From Azolla caroliniana (Eukaryota > Plantae > Polypodiophyta): a stretch of 64,000 bases of DNA. Made by a program: the position numbers and the translations under genes. Positions 45,240 through 59,400 of the stretch are shown here, piece by piece (position 1 is the first letter of the stretch; every line of letters starts with the position of its first letter). The stretch lies in assembly GCA_043228905.1 (NCBI GenBank), contig JBHGNT010000002.1:5394001-5458000 (forward strand), read 5' to 3'. The notes under the pieces are model-generated. The model ran no database searches. It worked only from the letters and a program-made list of their open reading frames with translations, and was not told where the DNA came from.

Positions 45240-48200
45240 ATGGAAGGTTTCAGGCCTCTTATGCTACCTGGCCATATACACACTGGACAGCTATGTCCGG
45301 TGTGTATGGCTCCTCATTTTCCCTTCTGTTCTCCACCTCCACCTCCACACCCCCATCATCGTTTTGTTGCAAATCACCATATACAACATTTCCATCAAAG
45401 ACCAACATTTATTCAAGGTGACCATATGTTTACAGAACCTCGATTCAGACCTCCCCCTATTGCTACTGAAGCTCCCATGGTTCCTCAACGTCCTTATTAT
45501 CCACAAGGGTTTCCGTCACATGTTGTTGAAGAACATCATCATCGACCTCATCTTCCTCCTCCACTGCAAGATCATAATCAGTTTCAACCAGGAGGAGATC
45601 TAAGGTTTAATACGATGATGATGCCTCAGCAAGGAGTTAACAATCGGATGGTGAATTCAGAGAGGAATATGGCATCTTTTCAACAACAGAGAATACAAAC
45701 CGGGAAGGATGATAGATTATTAGTTCAAGATTCAGTACCTCATGCATTTCTTCAAAGGAACAATTGCTTTAATGGTGAACCTGATTCAACAAATAAAGCC
45801 GAAGCAACTATGAGGAATCAGTATTTACCTGGACGAGTAGCTGGAAACTATTCTGAATGGTCTCACGGAAGACAAGCTTTTCCATCAGAAGCATCACAGG
45901 CTATGGAAGTTTCACAGAATATGCATATGGAAGCGAACATACATTCTAGCTCTGTCCATTGTGTTGCAGGTGCTCCTAAGAACCAAGGTTTACTAGAAGG
46001 ACAATCTGACATACAGTTTAACAACTCTGACAAGGAAGGATTTTACACACAGAAAGATGGTGAAATTCAGAAACATGGATTGAAGAGGAAGCAGCCAATG
46101 TCAAGAGAGGAAGAGTTGTTAATAGAGAAGGGATTATTAGATGATGAACAGAATCCTACAGCTCAGAAATTCTCTCATCAGACTGAATTACTTACGCAAA
46201 AGAATAGAAGTGTAGGAGGGATCAATGAATCAAAAATTCCCATTAGTCCGGAGAAAATGATGTCTAGCTGGCCCAGTGAAAACTTTTCTGGTAGAGGATG
46301 GCAAATGTTTGCCTCTCAACAGGTATCACAAACTGGTAATAGAAGCTTTAGACCAGAGTTTCAAGAAGGAAGGCAAGATAATGATATACTGTTACAACGG
46401 CAGAATAAAGAAATTTTGTTACAAAGGCAGTACGAAGAGTGGGAAGCGGAAGAGAAACGCATGGAAGCTCTGAAGAAAGCTGAAATCCTTGCAAAAGAAA
46501 TTCAACAACGGGAAGAAAGCTCTCGGAACATGGGAAATTTGCAGTCAAGTCAGTTATCCGATTCTAATATGGAACAGCTTTTGATAGTTAAAAGGAATCA
46601 AGACAATATGAGTTCTGAGGATACTTATTCACGGTTCAAGACAACAATGAATGAACATAATTTGCCTCAAAACACCAGCATTTCATCATATTCTTCTCAA
46701 ATGTCTCATCAACCCCAGCAATCAAACTATTACTCTGATTTGCAATTGAGTAATCATGATCATGAACTCCACCAAAGATCCATTCAACATGGAATGCAAG
46801 GGGAACAGTTTGATCATCAAAGACAAAATATTCCTCAAAAACCATATTTTCCTGAACAATCTTTTTCTATCTCTTTGCAAGGACAAACAAGGGAAGGTTC
46901 TGTGCAACAACGAAGGGATTCTCCAAATCCTATTCAATCATATGAAGATTACTGGCATCAGAATGGTCCAGGACACCGGAAAAATGAAAATGCAACAAAT
47001 ATTGCACAGGAAGTAGGACAATGGCATGAAACAAACTACCAGCTACTTCAGTCATATGAACAGAAAACACATCAATACAAGCAATCTATAGATTCAAAGA
47101 ATACACAATCTCTTGTAAATGCTTCAGCCCATCGGGGTAATCTAGCTGAAAATGTCCATCAAGTAAGATTAGCTGAAAATGCTCACCTATCAGGACATTA
47201 TCCAACAGGATCTACTATAGGTCATGGTGGTATTCCTCCACTTCCTCCTGTTTCGATTGATCCTCCTCCACCATGTTCACCACCTCCTCCATTACCTCCC
47301 TCGGATTATCCTACTGAAAATATGCCACCGCTACCTTCATCACCAATTTCTTCAACATTATTGGCAACAAGCCATTTTACTATGCACGGTTCTTCAGGCA
47401 ATCAACAACATTATCAATTCCAACAAGACCAGAATCTACTCTCTAGAAATCAAGGTTATGGCTCACAAGAACTAGGTCATCCCCAGCATATGGTGAGTGA
47501 CTGAAGCAAAGTCTACTCTTTGTTTGAATTTTTTAACCTTATCAATTTCGAGTCCATCCCTCAGCATATGATGGCTGAGTGAAGCAATTGATTTGGAATT
47601 TCTTCATTTACAAAGGAAATCATTGTTGATAAGCTTTAGATTTGTTCTGTTGGTTGCTCAGGCTGACAGTCATCACCAGACACAATTACAGCAGTCACAT
47701 CCATCTCAACAATTTGAGAGACTGAAAACTATTGATGCTGTCAGCATATTTAGAAATCCAGGTCGTTTCACAAGACCAGACCGATTTGTTGTAATCCTTC
47801 GAGGACTTCCAGGTTGGTAAATTTCACATGTTCATGTGTGGCTATTGGGGCATCATTCTAGTAACTAAGATTGATCTTCACAAATTTCAGGCAGTGGTAA
47901 AAGCTATCTAGCCAAAGCTTTGCGTGATATTGAGGTAATGAATGGAGGTAGTGCTCCTCGGATACACTCTATGGACGATTATTTTATGTCTGAAGTGGAG
48001 AAGGTAAGTTATATACTATTGTGTATTCTGAGCACATGACCTCCATTTAAATTTTCATTGATAATGAACGAATTTTGAAGGTTGAGGAGCTAGAAATGAG
48101 TGCAAGCAGTTTGAGGAATAAGAAGAAGATAGTCAAGAAGGTGATGGAATATTGCTATGAGCCAGAAATGGAGGAGGTAATGTAAATTTTGCCAACTGCA

Positions 48201-51200
48201 TATGCTTTTATGAAATCACTGTCTATCTAGGGCCTACACATTTTGTGCATACAAATTTCATTTTTTTGTCAGCCCTTACCAAAGGAGTATTTATGATGGT
48301 CTGCTATGTGTGCTTTGCAGTTCTTTCTTTGATATCAACTAGAGTACTCCATTTGTAGATGTGTTGCTGTAACACTTGTCTCTGAAGATAACTTAATTCT
48401 CCGGATAATTTAATTCTCCTCAATTTTGATAGGCTTATCGAGCAAGCATGCTGAAAGCTTTTAGGAAAACTTTGGAGGAAGGCATGTTCAAGTTCATTAT
48501 TGGTATGGAGGTTTTAGAATTTTATTTTTCATTGATATGTGATGCTATTCTGCAGTAAATTATGTTAGTTTCTAGAAGTAGAGAGAAATTATCTTGGTTA
48601 GTAATGTTCTCAGTAATAAGGATGCTTGGGCTTGGGAGTTATGAAATATAGTTTAATTGAATGATGTAGATGCGTGAGTTAAAAGTTCTGCTCAAATATT
48701 GTTTTTCCTATACGATTTATGAATTCCACCATTTTGAAAATCGTGCGGTTGGTCTCTACCTCTCAACATTAATGAGACTTATGCAGAAAATAGAGACGCA
48801 TGATGTGCGCATGCATGCTCATATATAAGTTCTATAGCAGTACATTTTAGAATGCCTATTAGTAGGCCATTATAATTACAGGGGAATGTTTTCCACGAAC
48901 TTTTCTTTCGGCTAACTCAGCTGCAGTGGTGCTCGCAACACAATATTGACCATTTTGGTTTCTCTCGCATGTGGGCCTCATCTTAGTGGATGACCGCAAT
49001 GTGCTGATAGCTGATTTTGCTCAATTTTGGGCAATTGCCAAGGTATATTATCTCGACTTTAATGGATTGAGTATGCCGCGATTCTTTTTCCAGTAAATCT
49101 GTCTTGTCTTACCTCATTTTTAGAATGATCGATTGTACATTATTAAAGCATATTATTTATCTGCCATTTTACCTGAGTTTGATGTGTAACGATAATTCCA
49201 GCTCCATCAAACTGGACCACAGCTCATTTTGAGTGTTTTTAAAATTTAAACCCAGACTTGATGATGCGTTTTCTGATGCCTTGATATATTCAAGAAGTCA
49301 CCAGAGTTGGTGAGACTTGCTCTTTAGATGATGAAGCACATGTACATAAATGCTGAATTTTCTGCGACACAGTTAAAACCTTATGCTACAATTCCCTTGC
49401 CAAATACTCATCAGTAATTTGATTACTGTTGCCATTTTGAGCAAAAAACTTGATTATGATATTTTTGAATTATGACAGTCCATCATCCAAGTCAAATATA
49501 AGTAAAGAATGATATATTACTCTGCTGAATGTATGATCCTTGAACCTATTACAACATTATCAATATATGCTTATTCCTCTACCTATAATTACCTTTATGG
49601 TAGCCATGAAGCTTTACATCTCATTACCATGCCAAGTAAACACTTTTATCTTTGTGAGAGACAATGCAAGTTGCAACTGATGAAGAACCTGCTTCATATA
49701 AAATCTCTATTATTGTACATGTCTTCTATTACAAATTCTTGGAGTCATATGTCATCACATATCTCTTTTTTGATTATCACAAATTACTCGTGCCACTTCT
49801 TTGACCCACTTTCTCTGTTATGCTGTCCTATATAGTCAAAATTTGTGTTTCCATTCGAGGGAAATTTGACTCAACAAGGTCATCTAACCTCATTTTGAAC
49901 ATCACACAACCGTGAAGATACTCATGCAAGGTTCTCATCAATCTTACATTGGATTCCGAGAGACCCAACATATGTTCGTGTAGGTGATTGTGTGTCTTGC
50001 ATGTATATTGTTTCACGTATTTGCATGTGACATTGTGAATTTCCATGCATTTTCAAGCAGCAATGAGATTAATGTGGAAATTTTTATAGTAGTGTAAATT
50101 TCATATCTCAAAAGGGATGGGAATCCTAAAAAAAGTTAATTATCTAGCCACAAAGTTTCTTATTTTGTCTTGTAGATATAATGTCAACATTTGTGTACCT
50201 TTTTAGGAGCTCTTGCAGGTAGAATTGTATAATTTAGTCCATTATGCAATGAGAAAACTCAGTACTTTGAAAAGCTATGCTGTAAAGAATTTGAAAGAAA
50301 TGAAATTTGCACCTGTTAATTTATACATAAAACTGTTATAAAGGCATTAAGAAATCCTTACTTTTTCGACTGTTACATTTACAAAATTATGTAACCTAGG
50401 TGAGCTCTTTTATTCTACACTGTACATAAGAAAAAAGCTGTAAGGTAAAGGGTATTTCATGTGGGATTAGATAGCTAAGTTAAAAAAATAGATTTGAGAA
50501 GGTATTCATAACAGAGTGCTTGAAGTAACGTTATGCTTGTGTTGTTTGCACAGAGGTCTGGATATGAAGTATATGTACTGGAGGCACCATATACTGATGT
50601 TAAGGTATTTCTAGATTAATATATAGTTTGCGTAGTGCTTAAGAGTGAAAATTTTATGGTTCTGTCATCCAGTAATTTGTTCTACCATAATTTACTTGAT
50701 TGACTACAGGGTTGTGCTGCGAGAAATGTGCATAACTTTACAGAGGAGCAAGTAAAATCTATGGCTGATCACTGGGAGCCAACCCCTCCGCTTTATCGAA
50801 AGTTGGATGTTTCGGTATGTACAGGAAATCGTGAAACCTCTGATCAGTTAACTAATATTTGATCTTCTAACTAATTATTGTAAACCATCCAGTTGTTATT
50901 TCGAGGTGATGATTTGAACACTCAAGATATCATTGAGGTAAGGTATTGAAGGTCATGGGTTCTGTGTAGATATACTAGCATGGAAAAGCATAAAAATACC
51001 ATCACTGGTTGCAGGTTGAGATGGATGCAGATGACATAGAACAGGAGGAAGAAGAAGATTTTCAATCACCGAAAGAGAAATCATTTGGAACTAGTGCTGA
51101 TAGTTCAGGTTTGTCCCTTTACTGTATTGAAGGCCTAATGAGTCACTTTGTGATGCTTAGTGAATTATTTAGTTTCATGTAATAGTTTTGACATATTCTC

Positions 51201-52581
51201 TTGCATTCTCCATACCCAATTACTATAGGACATGCACTTTATGTTTGTACCATAGAGGCGTTGAAGCATAGCCTAGAATGACCGGTCATGGTATGTCTCT
51301 GAGCTGGCGATAAATCATTGGTAGTAGTTACACAGAGGTCCTTTCTCATGAGGTGTCAGTATCAACTCACGACAGAATGTAATGCTATGGAGGATGAGAA
51401 CCTAGTTGGGTCCCATATACTTTTACTGGAATGGAGACCATAAAGAGATTACTTGTTCTAATTTTGGATCTATAGGCTTATCGATGACTCAGTTTATGTG
51501 TACACATGTGTCTCTCCCTGTTATGGACCAACCTTTGGTGAGATTAGGAAGACATGTAGTAGCTTGGCAGACAAAACAACGAAGAATCTTTCAGACTTCT
51601 GCTAATGACTCATAGAGTAGCTTCAACAAGGAATTGTGTATTGAAGCCACTCATATGATGGACCTATTGTACAGAGACTTCAGGAATGTGTCTTGATATA
51701 ATCTTTCTTGCTATTTTTTCACATGATCAATTGGCAGTTTGTTTTTTGGTAGGTAGGACATTTGCCATTAACAAGATTTATTGTATACATCTGATCTGAT
51801 GACATTTTTAGTGACTTCTTCCTTATGTTTCTTTTACTAATAAGCAATCTGGTGGCTTTCCATGCTTAGGACATGATTTTGTGGGTGCCGTTGCATTCAT
51901 ACAATTGATCCATGTGAATATGTTATTTGATGAAATTGATTTTAATACCTTTGATCAGAGAATTCAACATGGGGGGATAGATGGGAGGACAAGAGTGAAC
52001 CTGCAACTGAATCCAAGGTGTTGCCAGTGGCGAAAAGGCTCATCAAGAATGACAGCCTTGGGCGTGAGAATATCAAGAAAAGCAATGACAATGCCCTGTC
52101 GGGGTTAATGACAACCTATGGTAAAAAAGATAAGTTTGTACATTGGTCAGATAATGAGGTATGTTGTAGCTTTAGAAGGAAACCAGTTTATCACTATCTT
52201 TTTAATATGAGGACTTACAATGTATTCTGATTGGTGCATGGCCTATAGGGTAATTCAAGGAGCAAATTGGGATTTACTATAGCATCTCAGAAGGGACCAT
52301 CTCTTATTATTGGACCTGGTCCTGGGTATAATGGGGTATGTATGTACCACTATAATATTCATATGGTTCCTTATGGAATGTATTGTAGACTCAGTGAATT
52401 GAAATGAAAACGTCAGATTTCCAATCCTGTCATGGCTGAAGATGACAAGCGCCTGGAGGGCGAGTTACGGAAAACTAATAAGTTTACAGAGCAGTTGCGT
52501 GCAGAGCAAGAAACTTTTAAAGCTGTTTTAGCTAGGCGGCGTCAAAGAATATGTGCGTTGGATGAGGATGAGGAGGATTAA
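45240..52581 (+). CDS. YLPM1: YLP motif-containing protein 1 / ZAP3-like P-loop NTPase (~1161 aa, 13 coding exons)
   Basis: Exons 45240-47492, 47662-47812, 47891-48003, 48081-48176, 48433-48502, 48987-49042, 50554-50604, 50710-50814, 50893-50937, 51015-51108, 51959-52158, 52249-52335, 52417-52581. All introns GT-AG; total 3486 nt in frame. Motifs VILRGLPGSGKS, SMDDYF, YCYEPEMEEAYR, FIIVDDRN, KFVHW. Confidence 0.88.
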
Positions 52582-54310
52582 TACAGAGGAGTAGAATTTA
52601 TATTCTTTTAGCTCAGGCAGTTTGATTCACAATAGCTATCAATTTGATCAATGTGTATTGATACAAAAATCTGCCAACGTGTTAGTTTCCCTTGCACTCA
52701 TTTAAATGTGCTTCCTTCCATGAGGCATATTTTCAAATTATACTCTAAACCTTAGGCCTTCGAAGGATGAAATGTATGTGCCCAGAGGGTGTATGATGAG
52801 CATTCAAAGCCTGAATGCTGTGTAACTTAAATGTAAACACTACTTGAATGAAAAAATGAGTCCTGTTCCTATCTTATCCATTAACACTCTTCAAAGTAGA
52901 AGTGCTATATATCTTTCAATGGAAGCCTTGTGTCGTTTACATATGTACCAGTGGATGATAGAAAACATAATGGTAAGGGGTCCCTTGTATAGGTTATTTT
53001 GACTCTTAAAAGATGGTCAATAAAAATTTTATTTCTTTTCTCTCAATTGCAACACTTTGGGTTCAGGTTCATATATCTCAGTTGCTTTGCAGTGCAAGAA
53101 AATATTAGGTTTGATGTCATATGTAAAAAGTTTCTGATAGCACAATTATCAAGAAATGATGTTGTAAAGTGTAGAGTTACCGTCTTCATTGTATGTATAC
53201 AAACTGCCTTAAGCATTTCATATGTTGGTGATGAATGGAATAAACCTATTTGGAAGTAAATATCAATTTAATAAGCTTGTTAACATGAGAAGAAGGCTGA
53301 CAGTGTTATAACTGATATTGATATGTCAATTCATCATATGTAAATTTTACATACAAAGAGTGCTTATATGGGACGTTAATTCATTGTCAACTTAGCATAG
53401 AAATAGTGCTTTTGTTGGACGTTTATTCATACTCTTCAACTCATAAAAGCTTATTCAACTTTGGGGGTAAGCAGTTTAAGAAAAAAAATTATTGAGAGTT
53501 GCCTTCCATACCATTATATAATTCCAAACGTTTTAAAAATTTGTTTTGTACTGACATACATAAAGGTCACTTGAGAGTTGTTTTCTATTGTATAATTCCA
53601 AACGTTTTCAAACGTACTTCAGATTTTCCCCACATACATGGTGATATGGTGACATCAGCACTTACCATCTCTCACAATTGAAAGGATATGGTGATATCAA
53701 CACTCAAACATCTTTACCACAACTGGAGGTTGATATCAGCAAATATCTCACGATTGAAGAACATTTCAGTGATGCAAAGTTTGCAAGTTTAGGGTTCTTC
53801 CATTATTTGGTAGGTTTTCCATTTGAATGTAGGAGAATCCCTTTGTGCCCACCATTTGGTAGGTTTTCTACTTGAAAGAACCTCCAAGACTTTTGCCTTA
53901 TGCATGGAGGATATATGCACATACTATTATATAAATTTTACGATTCAGAGGTAAAAAAAAGCACATCATGTGATTGTGCATAGCTTCTATGACGACAAAG
54001 TAGACCCAAAAATATCTTCTTTTTTCTCATTTGCGAAGGTTTATGCAAAATGCTTGTAATCATAAAAATTTCCTTTTTATCATTTTACATTTAAATTATA
54101 GCAGATCCGTTTCCCAGTCGATCATTAGCATCTCTCATATGATCTTTTGATACTCCAGAGAAATTTGGATAAACTTCATGTCACTAAACAGAAAATGGCC
54201 CGAGTCCAAACTCTTGTCATGCATCATCATTGTTTCCATTCTGCATTCATAAAATGGCAATAATGGCATGGCCCCACTCGAGTATAGTCAAACTTTAATG
54301 TAACTTGTGT

Positions 54311-56384
54311 TCAGCTGAGTTGCAACTCGGAAAATATTTTCAATTGACTATCTGCTCCCCCACTAACAATAGAGTCAAGATTCCACCAATCTGCACAGAG
54401 GATCTGTACGAAAAGAAACAAACAAAAATCTCTGGCTTTGGTGTTAAGCACACGTATAACAGTAAGCCAACTTCACCTTTTAATTGGCCTTGCCAATATA
54501 TCATTAAACAATTGAGTGAATGCATCATGACACCTCTCTTAAATCTTACCAATTTACTAGGTAGGAACTATGATACACCCCATTGGGCTCTCCGTACAGA
54601 CTGCATAAAAATGTTTCACTTTGAACCCAATGGTCATTCCCAACTTCCAAGGGAATGTCTCCTACAAGGCCTTTGAGATTGTACGGAGGGAACATCTCCT
54701 ACAAAGATTTTGTGCACCCAACATTCCTTGTGATGTGATATGGGATGAGTTAGGCCTCCAAGGGGGTTTAGGTAGGATGCCAACTCTCACTGATCCTACT
54801 CGAAATCGATATATTAGGTACACCTGTCCCCATTCTTCTTTACACTGATGAGATAACCTCGGCCTTTGAATCTCAATCTCATATGGTGTGAAGTAGGATG
54901 CCAACTCACCTACCCTCCATGGACTCAATATATCAGATACACCTGTCCAAATTCTTCTTTACACTGATGACATGCGCTTGGCCTTTGAATATCTCAATCT
55001 CATATGGTGTGAAGTACGATGCCAACTCTCACCTTGCCTCCTCAGACTTGATATATTAGGTACACCTCTCCACGTTCTTTTTTACACTGATGACATAACC
55101 TTGGCCATTGAATCTCAGACTCGCATTTGTCTATAACATCATTCAATGCTGTAGATGGTTTTCACTGAGAAAAAGGGCTCACCGTAAATCCAGAAAAGAC
55201 CAAGGCCATGATCTTCCACACATCTGTGCTGACTTGCTAGAGAGCTATCTTCACATTATCAGGAGGGCAAGTTGAAGTAGTGGATTCCTATGTATAACTA
55301 GGAGTCACATTTACAAGCACAAATGGGCACTTTTCTATGACCCAAACAACCACGGACTGATTCACTCGAGGATATGTAGCTGTAGTCATGCATCAGGCAC
55401 ATTCCCAAGAGTCCTGTACCAAAGTACAGTTACTAGACACCATGGTCACCTCAACCCTCAAGTATTGTGCTGCCATATGGCTTCAAGCCTCCCCATGTAC
55501 ATGTCTGTGGACACAAATAGCACATCCACTGCTTATGATGTTGTCGAGGATGACACATGTTAAAGCATTCACCCCACACAGGAACATTTATACTGAATTG
55601 GAAGCATCACCTATGATGGTTGATGCATTGTTCCAGACCATGAACTTCATCAACTGGATTCAACCATGCCACCTTAAAGAATTAAACATAAGGTGTTTGA
55701 AGCATCAAAGGAAATGGCAGCAACAGAACATGTAGATGGATCATGGCACACAGGTGATGAAGTAGTTCAACAATAATGGGCTATGTTCAAAAGACTAGGA
55801 TCACACCAAGCGAGCCTTTCTTCCAACTTTGGCCTACTACAAAATCATTTCATGATCGAATCAGGGGACACAAAGGTTGAGCTACATGGACATCTACATG
55901 TCCAATGGTGCTTGGAAAGCAGGACAACTTAGAGTTTCCTCTCACCAAATAGAGGCAAAAGTCAACACTTCACATACCTAGGACTGAAAGATTACATGCT
56001 TAATGGTGATTGGAAAGCAGGAGGCCAAATCAGAGTTCCCCCCACCAAATAGAGAGTGGAGCAAAAGTCAACACCAAATTATGAAAGGAAATATCAAAAG
56101 AGTGGAACATTTTGTCTAGGTGCCCAGATTACAAGCACATCCGAGAGAAGTATGCCACCTTCCACACTGACAACACCACCATTTGACAAATGATGGAGAA
56201 GGCTGACCCATGACACTTTGGCTAAATCCTGCTTGCACTTCAAAATCATAGAAGAATCAATCCGCATATTAGCAAGTGAGATGCAATGGCAATCACACAT
56301 CACTGATTTCTTCCATCGTTCCACACCTCCATTAACGATGTGCTGTAGTGTCATTGTATGTCAGGACGAATAACATAACTGTTC

Positions 56385-56435
<51 letters not shown>

Positions 56436-59400
56436 CTCTTATGTCACATCTCATACATAACACACACACACACATACACAAATACCTTATCATCATGAGC
56501 GTGTATTGTTTGTAAAGGAATCTGCAATAAAAGTAGAGAAATTGATATAATTAACATATAATTTTTTCATGTCAACTAAGAAAATTAGAGTATTTTCAGT
56601 CAAAAAGAATAAATCTTGAGTTTTTTAACAGAATTTCAAATTTTCTGCCAATAAAAAACTGTTACAAATCTAAGGTACATGAAGAGATAGCAATTGAGCT
56701 CTCATAATTCTATATCAGGAAGAAATCTGAACATGTGCAAATCCTGATTCAGGGATTTCGGAATAATCCATTGAGAACCAACACCTTAGAATCATTCTAA
56801 TGAAAATTGCTGGACAAATATGGTCAACTCCTTTCTTCATACATACTCTATTGGAGACTAGATTAGAGCTTTACGACATTACCCAACTCGAAGACTACGG
56901 TTGTTGTTAATTGTGTACCTTCATAATTACATGATGCATAGCTTTTACTGTGACTTTCCAAAATGACACTACTTTGAAAAAGTTAGGCAGGATTGGGAGA
57001 ACTCCTGCAGTCTTTTTGAGAGTTGCATCAAGATAATACTAAATTACTTGTTAAGAAGCTATGGTACATGTGAAATTGTAGCTACAAATCACATTTTACA
57101 CATCAAAACTTTGATTCACCGCGTTAGTGTTGTCTTTCCAGTTATATACTGACTAGTAATGTAAAAATATTTGAAATTCCTTCCTTGGAATCCTTTTAAA
57201 AGAAACAAAACAAAACAAACATCAATTACACAAGCAGCATACAGAAATCATTGATTAAAAATAAACACCTTGCTTCGTATATCCCATAACTTGATAGAGC
57301 CATCGTGGGAAGCTGACAGGATATGGTGCATAGAACGATTATGCCTATTGATAAGACACCATGAAATTAATAGGACGCATAGAAGAGAACAAGAAATAAT
57401 ATGGAAGCATACATCCAGCCACACAGAACATACCATTTGCATGCAGAAATCCAAGCTTTGTGGGATGAGAGCTGAAGAATAGGTGTATTAATGCCTGAAA
57501 TCCATCTCAACACATCAAAAACATGTTCATGCACGTAGCTCAATATAGAATAAACGTGGATCCAGACCTGGAATCCGAGGGTCCCATATCCTCAACAGCG
57601 GATCTGCCCCACCAGCTGCAAGTAGTGAATTGTTTTCTCCCCCCAAGCTAAGGCAGTGTAAAGCTTTGGTATTTGTCTGGAATATAAAAGGTTTAATATA
57701 CTTGAAAACAAGCACATATATCCATGAATCTGAAAATACAGAACCATGTGACTACGCTATGTACTATATGTATGTTAACTACATTTTTATCATTTTTTGA
57801 TAGTTTCCCCAATGAAGCAATCAACAAATTACTTCCAGTCTATCAACCACTACCATGCATATTGCCAAAATGTAACACCTCCTAAGGTTACATGCAACGA
57901 CAATTGACAATCTAGACTATAATCATAGGTCATGGTTCCATACCAGAGTTTCTGTATTTATATTTGTCTCTGCATCCCAGGTTCGGATGGAATGATCCCA
58001 CGAAGCAGACACAATAGCATCTCTTTCACTCCAAATAACAGCTGAAACACATTGTGTATGCCCTTCAAATGTAGCCATTGGACCTACCTGGTTATAGCAG
58101 CAAAATACACAGAATATTTTTTGTAACAACAAGTAATATCCTCACGTTTTGGCCTTCCTTCACAACTTTACATTCTACCTCTATCTCTTGAGCTTCAAAT
58201 GATCCAGAATCTTCAGTCAATTTTCTCTTTTTTATAGAAACAATGTTGTCTTCTGGATTTGAATCTTCTGGAATTTTCCACAGCTTTAAGGTGCAGTCCC
58301 ATGATCCCGAGCAAACCTAAAACAGATTGCAGCAAAAGAATTCCTAAACCATTCTATTTTTAAAAACAGATGAAATCTAAAGCAATAATGTCAACGCAAG
58401 ATCAGAGAATCTCATCGAGTAAATTCATATCTAAAGTGTAAGTAATTCTTACTGATTCTTTTATCCATGTAAATAAAGGAAACACAGCTCCAAGATGGGA
58501 TTCTACTACCTAGTGGACGGCCCTCGGTAGAAACATTGGGTTCTAATATATGCACCCAGCAGGGGTTGAATCTACAACCCCCCCAATTACGCAGTGGTAC
58601 CTTCACCACTAGACCATTATGAGGACAAACTAGCTAGTTATTATCTTCTAAATTTCAAGAAGCATTCCAAGTTTTTCAGTTCCGAAATAGATTTATAATA
58701 ATAGGTAATATCAACTCCACCTAATCACTGTGTCACACACTATCATAATGGCTGGTCCTTGGGTTATACCAGTCTCTTATGACATCTATTCTAATGATCA
58801 CTGCAAATCCAAAACACACAAGCTAAGTACATAGAAAGACATTAAAAACCCTAAACGATGTAAGCTCCACATTCCAACCTTCAGACAATAAAGATTAAAT
58901 CAGGCATGTGTTGCGTTAATGCTAACAAAATGCTTCTACGACCAAGAAAAACTCACAGTGTCGCCAGATGAATTAGACGCCACAGATTGCACTGATGAGC
59001 CATGGCCTTTCAAAATTGTAATTGGCTTTTCAGGAGACAAATGACAATTAGATGATTTGTCTTCGTAAAGCTGCAAAATTCACCTTAAGTTAATTTTTAT
59101 TAAAAGATTTTAAAACCATAAATAACATAAGTTTATGCACAAAAAAGGATTTACAAACCTGCCACACTCGAATAGTGCGGTCTTTTGACCCAGAAATCAG
59201 CTTCCAACTCTGAGACTCTGAAGGAATAAAAGAGAGAAGAAACCAGAACATCCATTTTCTTTGATTTAGTCTAAAACATTAAATTCCTTTACAAATGCAA
59301 TGATGAGATTCTATAGGTAAAACCTGATGGTCTATGTATGCTAAGAGAAGTAATTGCCCCTGTATGTCCATCTAACAGCTGCATTGATACCCCATCAGCA

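Noticed and set aside
52581-54311. Functional coupling or antisense overlap of the convergent genes
   Set aside because: The stop codons are 1.7 kb apart, and nothing in the sequence shows overlapping transcripts.
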